A DNA stretch of 64,000 bases. Source: Paragordius varius (Eukaryota; Animalia; Nematomorpha). The stretch covers positions 2,232,001 through 2,296,000 of the forward strand of contig OZ176052.1 in the NCBI GenBank assembly GCA_964247055.1, read 5' to 3'. Shown here one piece after another: positions 25,598 through 35,700 of the stretch (position 1 is the stretch's first letter; each line of letters starts with the position of its first letter). Position numbers and translations under genes: made by a program. The notes below the pieces were generated by a model. That model was not told where the DNA came from. It saw only the letters and a list, made by a program, of their open reading frames with translations, and made no database searches.

Positions 25598-26817
25598 TGC
25601 ATTGTAATGGTTGCTTAATTAACACTAGAGTTGGGCAATTTGCGACACAGTAGTGTATGGAAAAAACAACAAAATATTGAAAATAAATGTAATGTAAGGG
25701 AATGTTTATTTGTTCAACATTTTGTTGTTTTTTTCCATACATTATGTTTCAAATTGCCCAACTATAGTGTAAAATAAGCAACCATCAAAATGCATACTGT
25801 AATTGAAAAGATGCAAAATGACCGCACAAAAAATTAGAAATTGTAAATAACCAATTAAAATTATTTTTAATATACATTATTTTCATGCACAAACAAAATT
25901 ACCGATTAGATTTGATGTTTGGAACAAACAATTAATGTACAATGTCAAGTGATTTGAATTAAATTTGTCAAGCTTTAACATTTTATCCACAAATTTGAGA
26001 CATGTGGAAAAATCATAAACATTATAAGATTGTATTGCTTTCATCCAAATATGATTGTAATTAGTATCCTTTATGTTATTATTATCATTATATAAAATGA
26101 GAGGCCCATTGGTGTTATAATGGCGAATATATCCTTTGTAATCTGCTAAAATTATTTGTTTGTCATACAATGACGTTTTTAAATCCTTTAATCGATCAAA
26201 CAAATTTTCTACTATATGGTTTAATCAAAAATTAACTTTCAGGTTCATCCAAATATGCGTTATTTATGAGTAATTTAAAGGATTCAAAGTTGCTTATATT
26301 ACTATGTAGGGCAAGTAAAGCATTTTCTTTGGCTGATTCCTGATTTGAAATTTCATGGTATAACTTGGCTTTCAGTAAATATAATTGGCTTTTTATATTC
26401 AATTAATATCTTTAAATAAAATACTTCATCCTTTAGAATTGTTTTAGAGCTGTCCTCAAATAATTCAATTAATAGTGTTATTTTCTTCACTTCATACTTA
26501 TAATTAAATATTGTATTAACCAACGATAACGCTTTCAAAAGGTACAACTTTTCGCTCATAAATTTGTGGCTATTGATTAAACTAATAACTCTTTCATATT
26601 CCTGATTGTTGTATAAATTTTCAGCAAATATTAAGAAACTATCAAAATCTTAATATATTAACATATAAAAACCTTGATATTTGTAAAAATAGTTCTCAGC
26701 CCAGTATAAAGCATTTTTTCTATCACCTGCGTTTAAATTTCCCCCTATGACAGCATGATAGCCTAACATCAAAATCGTTGATATGATAAAAAACCGTATA
26801 ATTTGATTGATCTTCAT
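16332..26817 (-). CDS. CDC16: Anaphase-promoting complex subunit 6 / CDC16 (TPR protein)
   Basis: Spliced peptides match CDC16: NALYWAEN; LNIKSQLYLLKAKLY; VSLYALACYY...FAPSWILLGHIY; CHMAHLYVGLEYSLT...YPNDPVILHELAYVAY; YWEPLFTNMGN; KYETALDYF; GLALN. Stop TAA at 16332. The start is approximate. Two local frame problems remain (26403-26424 and ~18735). Confidence 0.9.
20553..20821 (-). repeat. 3' LTR (269 bp)
   Basis: Direct repeat of 24782-25049, differing by 2 substitutions and 2 small indels. Confidence 0.97.
20825..20834 (-). other. Polypurine tract AGGGGGAGAG
   Basis: Lies 3 nt upstream of the 3' LTR on the element's coding strand. Confidence 0.9.
20977..24759 (-). CDS. Gag-Pol polyprotein (zinc knuckles, protease, RT, RNase H, integrase), 1260 aa
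   Basis: Motifs CSNCGYRH and CFNCDKWNHFSTVC; YDTGA; YLDD; ETDAS; HTGH...CEAC, LHIDVAGP, VTDNA, NGLVER. The PR-RT-RH-IN order is that of Ty3/Gypsy. Confidence 0.97.
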   Translation of the reverse strand: MSQALDISKLILEPFKEPMNFTQYIRHIRRVLNSKNIESNDTTMKRTFLAFGGIQVIMKIETLAYPKLIDDMEWEEIATLATQIYSPISSLWLNRVEFYRLKKMPDESVMDFLERLKAKCEAGKFEGDIQSKLRDLFLVGLENPRVEREIQSKYPDGKKDGGPVPLQAIVDIAYSYELEDKKVHNIRDNNDMNNNNTSELPSSIQPVVNDNNTINQITRKLCSNCGYRHGSATCPAKGKRCFNCDKWNHFSTVCKATFRRPSIRTMTSPNNTPRIQVLINNIPTTFIYDTGAEVSVIGKRTWVNIGRPRLLPAPNLRTYNDGPIEVLGKSMISVVLNEEEKCLPCVVTQTNPPAVFGMNWMRVFRLEFPKNVFSVLHTQAPNNKMLFDYFDKLFSDELGTFKGPPIKLFIDPGAKPKVFPCRRVPLTLKPLVENEIDRLVKLKILRPIDPTQTPITWASPTVNIVKGNGEIRICADFRISINRYLAKDSHLIPTFDELATKVANGIIFSTLDLKDAYLQFPIDRASQTLVTITTHKGFYAYQRLPFGLTSAPIIFQRCMDNLLKDIPGICVYLDDVLISGATREEHDQRLREVFRRLQEAGLRLHRDKLQIGISRVKYMGYVISDQGIEPSNEKLEAIKNCPTPTDKTELRSFLGLINFHERFIPNCHPHLATLHKLSGKNTPWRWTPADDSEFAKAKSLLTRPPALMPFNDRFPLLIETDASNKGFGAILFHKTPQGKRPIFYASRTCSIAEKSYSTIEKEAKAIVFALEKFKYFIYGRPFEIYTDHKPLVSLFGRKRDINNINNSKLLRWISKTIGYEYEIFYKKGEENLADAATKQVRYLALKTLDVNKKVVEEATITDQRLSKVKNALRTNSWIDEDLKPFLKHKNDLECCYNLLYLNDRLVIPQAMQETILKLLHTGHSGLKTMKAQARCSVFWPELDTDLENYVERCEACQTYRPNAPENLPYRWNFNTLTWERLHIDVAGPVDGYYWLVTIDSASRWVEIDLLKSITSQSVLNCLEKHIARFGFPRQIVTDNATYFTSREFTTLLNHMNIKHICAAPYHPKTNGLVERVIKTLKTKYAATKTQQMHAYEAINTVLYSYRTSMHSSLKETPSAIFLKRRVHNPISWVKTTPVEFIEHENEPRREFQQDDPVYIKNEMAVGWRPGHILERRGLLSYEVQDEEGIRKRKHADQLRRRSGGNSYETNPLIEHKYPSVESVPGHVEAHSEQTFHPTSESQIVHAPTPATSWQDVPQNR
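24771..24779 (-). other. Primer binding site TGGTGCCGT (tRNA-His-like 3' end)
   Basis: Lies 2 nt inside the 5' LTR boundary and is complementary to ...ACGGCACCA. The tRNA assignment is from recall. Confidence 0.75.
24782..25049 (-). repeat. 5' LTR (268 bp)
   Basis: Direct repeat of 20553-20821. Confidence 0.97.
25593..25799. mobile_element. Foldback MITE family C (TA-flanked, CAGTATGC-like ends)
   Basis: ~90-nt inverted arms (agtatgcatt...gttgggcaatttg...gtatggaaaaaacaacaaaat). A related, more degraded copy lies at ~54390-54565. Confidence 0.8.
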
Positions 26818-26853
26818 TAACACTTGAATACAACAAATTCATTTTAGTCCTTC

Positions 26854-27334
26854 GATTCATATTGGGGTAGTTACATACCCCAGGCCTGCTTAAAATTAAA
26901 TTCTTTAAAAATATAGAAGGAATCCATGGTAAAATTTTGCACTTATATAACATTAATAAATTAATATATAAACAAATTTATTCAAAAATACTTGATATTA
27001 CTTATTTTAAGCTAACGAAAGGTAAAAATTTGGTCAACGTGATATGTGTGCACTAGTAAAATTAAAAAAATACAAAATAAACGGTTTTTTCTTTTTCTAT
27101 CAATGTTAAATGTAATTAAATAGAATAGCTTTAATTCTACCCTTAAAATAAATGAAGACGATATTTTGCAAAAATTATATAAAATAAAAATGGCGTCGAA
27201 GTAGTTTGATATAAAACTTTTTTTTCAGAGAAAATTTTTTAGAAATTTGGCATATTGGGACCGTTTCATTCAGTAGTTTTTTATAAAAATCCTAACTCAA
27301 ATTTAGTCTGGGTTTAGATACCCCAATTTGAATC
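26854..27334. mobile_element. MITE family D copy 1 (GATTCA.ATTGGGGTA termini)
   Basis: Inverted terminal motif at both ends. The whole body aligns by eye, in reverse orientation, with 30273-30490 plus 32095-32325. Confidence 0.65.
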
Positions 27335-27469
27335 AAAGTTTTAAAAGTACGAGACCAAAAACACAGCGTTAACAAAAATAACCTGATAAAATCTAAATTC
27401 TGATAGGAATAATTGGATTACCATATGGATTTTAGTTTTACCCTTACGAGTGATTTAATAAACATTTGT

Positions 27470-28030
27470 AATGAGTGCTCCATATCAAATGGCACAGTTT
27501 GCGCACATTCTTCCAATTTTCTTTTTAAAAGCCAGTGGCTTCATTTCAAAAAATATCAGTAAAATATATGAAGAATTACTTATAAAAAAAGTAATATTTT
27601 CAAAAAAATTTTTAGATGTGGGCTGCGGAATTCCCTTTGCTCTTCTAAAATGGGCTAGTCCCCTTAAAATAAACGCAAAATGCTGGGATTGGCCTTATAA
27701 AAGTTTTAAATATGTATTAAGATATCAAAAACATTTTTAAATGCACCCTTTTTTCAAAATTCAAGTCTTTAACAAAATTCCATTCAAGCGTACTTCAAAC
27801 TATGTTGTGGCATGGTAGTTTAAAAAAACTAGCCCATTCAAAAAGCAATAATTTGGGCCTTTAGAGCCCACATCTTATTATAAGAATTTTTTAAAAATTC
27901 TGATTTGCTTTTTACATCTAATTTATGATAAATTTTAGTGATTTTTTCGGAAAGAAGCATTTATTTTTCACCGAAAAAAATTATTTTTAAAAACTGCGCA
28001 AATTTTGCCATTATGGAGAACTTACCAAAA
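27470..28030. repeat. Old long-arm foldback element, family E
   Basis: Imperfect inverted arms (ctccat...tggca...tttgcgca and agatgtgggct / agcccacatct). Homologous arm fragments lie at ~31640-31960 and ~56970-57230. Confidence 0.55.
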
Positions 28031-28813
28031 AAGTGCAAATAACTTATATTCAAATTACTAGTAACGGCCAAACCCACAAGGACCATCATAATCCTGATAC
28101 ATTTTTTTATCCCGAATAATATATTTCATTATGGACACAGTGTTTTTTTAAAAAAATTTATCGTTCGCCTAAGAGGCTAAAGAAAGCACAATTTATTTGG
28201 CCCATGGCTAAATATATTTTACCACATTATTAAATTTTAAATGACCCTGGGGTATAAAACAAGTCCAAAATGTCATATGTTAATTAGTGTAACTTTTGAA
28301 ATCACAAAAATGATAGAGTTGAAAAATTAATTCATGATCGCTAAACGGGTAAGGAGAAATTTGGTCTCTGATAACCGTCATTATTTATCATACTGTCAAT
28401 TCTTACTATATTTTTAAATATATGCTATAAATCTAAAACAAAATAAAATTACCCAATACAATTATTCAAAGTTTATTACAACATTACTAATAAGAGAATA
28501 ATTTTTCGGCGGTCACAATCGACTATTGTGCTTTCAGTTATATTCGTAACAGATTAATTATACAGTTGTATCAAATACGCGTTTAATTTTACATGTACAC
28601 ACGGTTTGATCGAACTGTGTTTTATATAAAAATAAATGTATAAATTTTATTCCAATTAGGCTCGCATTTCTAAAGTAATTTATTTTTGTATCAAATTCAG
28701 AAATATCGTCAACCATTCTTGGTGTGCGTCAAAAAACTCTTATTAAAAAACGCGCAAAAAATAATTTGCTAAATGTGATTGGTGGTAAATGATAAGATAT
28801 GTAAACAAATAAA

Positions 28814-29100
28814 TCAGCTTCTTTCGGATAATTTGTGTGTATCTGACATATTTGGTTTTAAATTACTTAATACATTAAAAAAATCATTGGCTTCATATTC
28901 ACAAGTTCTAAGAACCTTAGCTTCATAATCAAACGCATTATGAAGCAGTTTATCCACCCTGATTATTTTTATTATAGGTGTTATTGATTTTGTATTCACA
29001 TTCAACAACAATTTATTTGCGAATCTGATAGTATTTTTCTTATTTGTTATTTCAATTTCCTCCAATACTTTTTATTAATGAAATGGTTAAATCTTACTTT
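28814..29100 (-). CDS. Candidate exons of an unidentified small gene or pseudogene
   Basis: The 83-aa ORF is preceded by a 30-nt GT-AG intron (gtaagatttaaccatttcattaataaaaag) and a short in-frame exon (LRSRKNIK|ILEEIEI...). Upstream exons could not be joined in frame. Confidence 0.3.
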
Positions 29101-29855
29101 TAATATTTTTACGTGAACGTAACTAAATGTCAAAAAGGAGGTGGTTCATATTTTGGGAATCATAAATGGCTATTTATTAAAAACCGTATCAGACGAGTAA
29201 TGCAGGAAAAACCAAAAAATTTAAATGATATTTTGCTTATTTTCTAAAACAAAGAGGTAAAATGAATCAACTTACAAAATAGGTTAAAAAAAGAGATATT
29301 GTTTAGAATTAAATTGGCTGAGTGTTTTGATTGCACTCAACAAAATCACGATATTCGCTTTGACCGTCGCCTGTATGAAAGCTTAACATATTTAGATATA
29401 TTGACTTTTTAATTATCACATCAAAATATTTGTACTGGTATAAGGTAATACTGTATACTGTATATCATCTACTAGCTAGCTGAATCTTTAGTATTATAAA
29501 CATTAAAAAGGCTGTTAAACTTTAGAAAAAGTTATTTCTGGTAATTGTATATTATTATCAAAGAGGGAAAAATCAGATAATTTTTGTTAATAATTCATAG
29601 TATGTATTATATTTTGGGTTAGCAATCCATCATAAGATAATTTTAATTAAAAAATGACACTTTGGTGAGATTATAGCCAATAAAATTAAAAAATGCGGTA
29701 AAATGTTTTAATTTTATTTTAAAATGAACACATAAAAAATTGTTTTGATTTACACCATATAAAAAAGATGAACCATAATTTACAAGATGTTCCCTTTTTT
29801 TAGTTTAAATTAAATTTTGGGCTTTATCGAATTTTACTTTCAAATTTAAAAAAAA

Positions 29856-29971
29856 ATTACGACACCCGGGATTCCCAGGCGGTCACCCATCCAAGTACTA
29901 ACCGGGCTCAACGTTGCTTAACTTCGGTGTTCGGAAGGGAACCGGTGCTTTCAACGTGATATGGTCGTAAT
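29856..29971 (-). rRNA. 5S rRNA gene, single dispersed copy
   Basis: ATTACGACCATATCACGTTGAAAGCACCGGTTCCC...CCGAAGTTAAGCAACGTTGAGCCCGGTTAGTACTTGGATGGGTGACCGCCTGGGAATCCCGGGTGTCGTAAT has box A and box C, a perfect terminal helix and a T-run Pol III terminator. Confidence 0.96.
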
Positions 29972-30272
29972 ATATTTGTTAAAAATTGAAATATAACTTA
30001 TATTTTGTTTTTACTACACAAAACTTTTTCTTGGACGAATCGATTTAGGGGAAAAGAAATCAAAATTCTAGTAAAGGACGCATGTCGTCAATCTCTGCGC
30101 ACTATGTTAATTTAATATTGTAATTAGTGCCATTGGCATAATTTGGGAATTTATATATCTTATATAATCACCTATGTGTTTATATTTTATAAAATATTCC
30201 GCTTAATACGCTGCCTTGGGTTTGATACACGAAATACAAATATATTTCAATGGCATATTTCTTTAACACTTC

Positions 30273-31398
30273 GATTAAAATTGGGGTATCCAAATATGTA
30301 AGTTAATATTTTCAAAAAAATTACTGAATGAAACGGTTTCAATTCAAATTTATGCTTCTACTATTTAAAATTATATAAATAAGCCAAAAGTACTTGAACG
30401 CCATTTTTTTGTAAAATATCGTGTTTATTTGATTAGCCTATAGTTTACATTTTTATAATCACATTTAACATTGATATAAAAAGAAAAAATGGTGTATCAG
30501 GTATCCAGAAAAGGGTGTGACAGGCATTGTTCCAACGGTAATGTGACCAGATAGGCTGTTTTTCGCAGTACAGTACTGGGTTTTCAGAAAAAAACTGCGC
30601 CTGTACTGCGCCCACTTTTGTACTGCTTTTTGAAAAAAATTTAATTTTTATAAATATATATTAACCTTTTATTTATTCAAAAAAATTATTTTAGAAACTA
30701 ATATAATATCCTCTGTAAAAATAACTCCATCATTTGTAAAAAATGGTTTATTTTGCGGTAAAAATGGCCTATTTTTAATTGGTTAATATTTTATCTGCTC
30801 TATTTATACATAAAACTTAACATTGCAGCCTTTGGCGCAATGGCGAAACTATACTGGGACTCCACACGGTATGATTCAGGCTAATGGCTCGTTCAATCAG
30901 GGCTTTCGCAAAATAAGGTGCCTCAAAATTTAAAATTAACAAATTAATTTATGATTTTTATATAAATGTTTGATCAAGTTTAGAGAGTCCATTTTTTGTT
31001 TTAATTATCAAATGGAAAATTATATAGAAAATTATTCCCGTAACATATTATATAAAATTTATTATATATGGCATATGATTTCGAAAAAACATTTTTTTCG
31101 TATCAAAAAATTAAGAGTTTTTACGATTTCTATACTCATTAGGTGGGAGATATAATATTACTTATTTTTTCCCCTAAACTATAATTTTTATTAGTTTCTT
31201 ATTTTTTTGCATAATTTGAGATATTTTGAAGCGTACTAAATCCCTTTTTCTAAATAATTCGATGATGTTGAATATTACTATAGGTTCAGAATTTTAATTT
31301 AAAAGTTTTGCCAATTTTGTTGAATTTTTGTAAAAACATTTTTATTAAACATAAATTTACAAATTTTTTAATTAAAAATTGGATTGAGAGCATTATCG

Positions 31399-31435
<37 letters not shown>

Positions 31436-32325
31436 TATAACATCTCAACCTTTTATATCGTCCATTGTTAAAAATATTATGAAGTACGCTTGAACAAAAC
31501 TAAAAATTAATTTTTTGAAAATGTGCATTTTTTAAAAAATATATTTAGTTAATATCAAATTAGTATATATTTAAAATTGTTGTATTTTGGAATTTTTGCG
31601 TTTATTTTAAGAGAACAGTCCATTTTAAAAGAGCCAAAAAATTTGGGACTTTCAGAGCCCACATCTAAAATTTTTAAAAATATTTTTTGCTTTTTATATG
31701 TAGTTTATGTTACATTTTAATGATTTTTTTGAAATAAAGCATTTACTTTCACCAAAAAATATATTTAAAAAAAATTGCGCTCCTTTTGCAATTTTATACG
31801 GAGAACCTACCACAAAAGTGTAAACTTTCTTTAATAACTCGTAAAGGTTAAAACTAAACCATGATAATCCTGATATTTTCCTATCAGATATATATTTCAT
31901 CAGGATATTTTTTAGTGGAAACTGTGTAATATACCACGCCGATGGTGTAAAAACAGGCAAAGTATGTTTTAATTTTGTACTGCGTCGAAGTTAAAAATAT
32001 TTGGTCACATTATCCAACGGTCACTGTCCTCACAGGACGACCCTTACCGCCTTCCTGCGCTTTTACACGCTTCAGGGCAGGGGGACGCCACTTTGATTTT
32101 GCCTAATTTTTAAATTTAGCTTATGCACAGTGTTGGCTAAATTTTTACCTTTAAGTTTTACCTCTGAATAAGTAATATTTAGTATTTTTGAATAAATTTT
32201 TGTTTATATTTAGGTTCATTAATTTTATATAAGTGCAAACTCTTGCCATGGTTTCAATTTTTTTTTATATTTTTTGAAATATCTAATTTTAAACAAGCCT
32301 GGGACTAACTACCCCAATTTGAATC
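30273..32325. mobile_element. MITE family D copy 2, interrupted by a GC-rich insert and a hAT element
   Basis: Same termini as 26854-27334. The two halves align with copy 1 once 30495-32092 is removed. Confidence 0.6.
30539..32012. mobile_element. Non-autonomous hAT element (1474 bp)
   Basis: TIRs TAATGTGACCAGATA / TATTTGGTCACATTA match 14/15. A perfect 8-bp TSD TCCAACGG lies at 30531-30538 and 32013-32020. Repeated GTACTG subterminal motifs; no transposase ORF. Confidence 0.9.
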
Positions 32326-32709
32326 CCAGCCTAGTTTCTAAGAGATATTTTTTGTAATTAAATAAATTAGCAAAATGGAAATTTTGTATTTCACATAGTT
32401 GTTTATCATCTATGAAAAATAACAGATCATGTTTGCAAATACATGAAATTATTGATGCACTTCAGCTAATGCTAAAGGCCATTACAAAGATATTAGAGTT
32501 TATTGACAAGGCAAGAATATACAGTAAAATTACTAAATGCTATTTGAACATATGGCATTAAAATATTTATTTATATTATATTACAATAAAATGAATATAT
32601 AAACAAAAATAATATAAATACATTTTTGGTGAATTGTATTTTGACATTTTTGCGATATACCCACAAAACGCTTTCATTTATCATATTAATTTTGATTATT
32701 ATAAAACAT

Positions 32710-35700
32710 TTAAATACAATGGTACAATTTATTGGCATTAACGATAAAACTTGAGGGCTCCTGAAAGTCTCTGGTAATCCCAAATTCTACATTACACTAA
32801 AATAAAAAATTAAATTTATAACCATGCGATCATATATAACATTAAAATTACAAATATTTAAGGTTTACATAATGTTCATTTAACCATAACAATTTAAACC
32901 TACACTATTAGACAAAAACATTTTATATTATTATCGAAAATATAATTACAAAAAGATCATAAACATCACATTTTTTCACCAAATATGTAATAAATTTAAT
33001 GATAAAAGTCGCAAAATAATAGCTACCTTTGGACAAACGTCGTCGAGTAGGTTTATGAAAAGCTGAACCACTTTGTAATGCTTCCAATAAGCTATCCATA
33101 ACACCTTCGTGTTCACCCTCTAAGTATGGAAACATATTAATTAAAACTTATTTTAATTTTATTTTTGTTTTAATTTTAATAAAATTAGAAGATTTTTTAA
33201 CGATAATAATATAAATAATAATATTTTTATTAATTTCGCCGATTAATAATATATAGCCTGCGTAACCTTTGTTGTAACATAATAAGTTATGCAAGTAGAG
33301 ATTGGACCCAATTAAAAAAAAGTTGATAATTACTAATAATCAATTTTCAAGTGTACCCCATAACTTGTATAAAATCATAAAATAAAAAATTGATTATTTC
33401 ACAGTTTGTAATATTTATTAATTTTTACGTTAGTCCTGATTCTCAAAAAAGAAAATATTAACAATAAGTAATGAATGATATAATATAGTATATTAAACTA
33501 TCAGTTTCAATGTTATACAAAATTTCCATCCAATGTAATTTAGACAAAGTAATACTTCGTTTTTAGCAAATTATTCAATAGGTGTATAATTTTATTTTTA
33601 GGCCCATTTATACGGCCGTATAAGAATTTATTATTATCAACCTTTAAGGGTTTTTTTCTCCCGACAAGGAGGTAACCCTTTGGATAGCTCCACGCCATAA
33701 ATTCATTATTAATTATATATATAATTTTTAAATCAAAATCTTTTCATTTTGAGTCTAAAAAATTATAGTATGAGTAAGGATCCGTTTTTTCAATAGCATA
33801 GCATATGCAAAAAAAGCATTATTATTGGCTAATGGTAGTAAAAAGTAAAAAAAATAACTATACACCAATAATAGTACTTCCCATATGCATCTGGCAATAA
33901 ATGATAAACTAGTAATGCATCCTTACTAATACTGCAATATCCAATATATATAACCCTTTGATTAGATTTAAATCAAACTAAACCATGTTACTAATCTTCT
34001 TAATTAATTAACCTGCATTCATATCAACGATAGCTTTTCGCTTAAATTTATCCCGTTTTTCTTTTTCGATGCGTTCCCTGGTTTCTCGGGCCTTTTTTGA
34101 TTTTTCGTCGGCTTCCTTTATTTTATTGCATTCGGTTTGAGCTTTCTGAAATTTTAAGAAATAACATAATAAATTATAGCCTTAAACATGGATAATTTAA
34201 AAGTACATAAATTTATTTAAAAAATTTGTTGTATACTATGTACACTTCAAAAAAATTTAAAGAAAAAGTTCATAAATATTTATTGTAGATCAGTTTTTCG
34301 TACCTAACACTTGGAATTATTTTCCTAATATATATACTATTTTAATCTTTGCATTTGGGAAAATTTTACAGTTTAGAAATAAACCAGAAAATATAATTTA
34401 AAATAGTATATTACCATACCTGAAAATTAACAATAAATGCTTTAATGTCACTGAAAAAATCTTCCATTTGATACTTTTTGGTGTCAAAACAAAAATATGT
34501 GGCCATCTGAGCATAGGTTGCATCCATTTTATCGTACATACCCTTCAATATTCCGTATTGTTCTTCGGATTGGTTATAGAACTCGTATAATCATTCATAA
34601 ATAATTTGTATGAGTCAAGAATAATTATATTTTGTTTAACTTTTATATATAAATTAGAAACGATAAGAAGCGTGAAAAGTCATTTTTTGTAAAATTTATT
34701 AAATTAAAATGTCCATATTCTTAAAACATGACCTAATCCTAATGGTAAAATTAAGGCTTTATAACCATAGCCAGTTCGTTCAAAAAACTCTTTAATCACA
34801 GAAAAATAATTTTCGCGTTAAACTTTCAATTTTTGCGGCAACCTTTTCAAAACAAAATTTTCTTTAGAAACCATCATTGATATAAAATTTGAAATTCTCC
34901 TGAAAAAAAATTCGTTAAAAAAATAAAAAATGGTAAAAAGCATATCTTCATTATAGGTATAAATTTGTCCTTGTCAAAATTGTAGGTTGAATCACGTCCA
35001 CACAAATCCAATTCGGATTTTACGAGTTTAAGCGATGTCCCAAGTTGATTCAAAGTTTTGGTTATATTTTCTTGACACACTAAATGTAAAATTTAAAAAA
35101 AACGTAATTACAAAAAAAAACAGTAAATATTGAAATCATAAAGGCAAAAAGCGTAATTACAAAAAAAAAGTTAACCATATTTTTGGCCTTATTCTGTTTA
35201 ACATAGTATTATAATCTAACTCTTCTTTCCTCTCAATTTATATCCAAAACAATAGGTTATATTCAATATACAAGTTTTATAAAAAAGTATGGCTCCCTCT
35301 ACAAATTTATTTTTAACTGTACTTTTTCCCTTAAAATGTATCCAAAATAATTAAATTTAATAAGAATTAAACAAAAATTTAATGCTATATAAAGTATAAC
35401 CCTTTGAAGCCTTATCAATAAACGATAATTCCGTGAAAAAATCTTTGAGATCAGGATATGAGTTATCAATCGTTTGGACAAGAAAATGGAGTAACGTTGT
35501 AGTTTGATCATCACTTTTAGTATTTTGAATCTAATTTGTGTATAAAAAACTTAAGCACAATAATTAAATTTAAAAATTGTAATGCCATAATTGTTAAGAG
35601 GCTAATTTCGCAAAACATTATAAAAGACAAACAAATTTTCGTAGATCACAAAAGTATAATATCGAAAAGCGTAATTTTATAATTGCTAACTTGGTATCAT

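Noticed and set aside
1390-26424. TAA/TAG reassigned to Gln, suggested by in-frame TAA at 26403-26405 and in patches near 1600-2600
   Set aside because: All conserved exons of WDR33, TMX1 and the formin, and the 1260-aa Pol, are free of TAA/TAG, use CAA/CAG for Gln and end in TAA/TAG.
32021-32092. HDV-like or hammerhead ribozyme in the GC-rich insert
   Set aside because: CTG-TCCTCA-CAG resembles P3/L3, but I found no matching P1, P1.1 GG or J4/2 and no CUGANGA...GAAA core.
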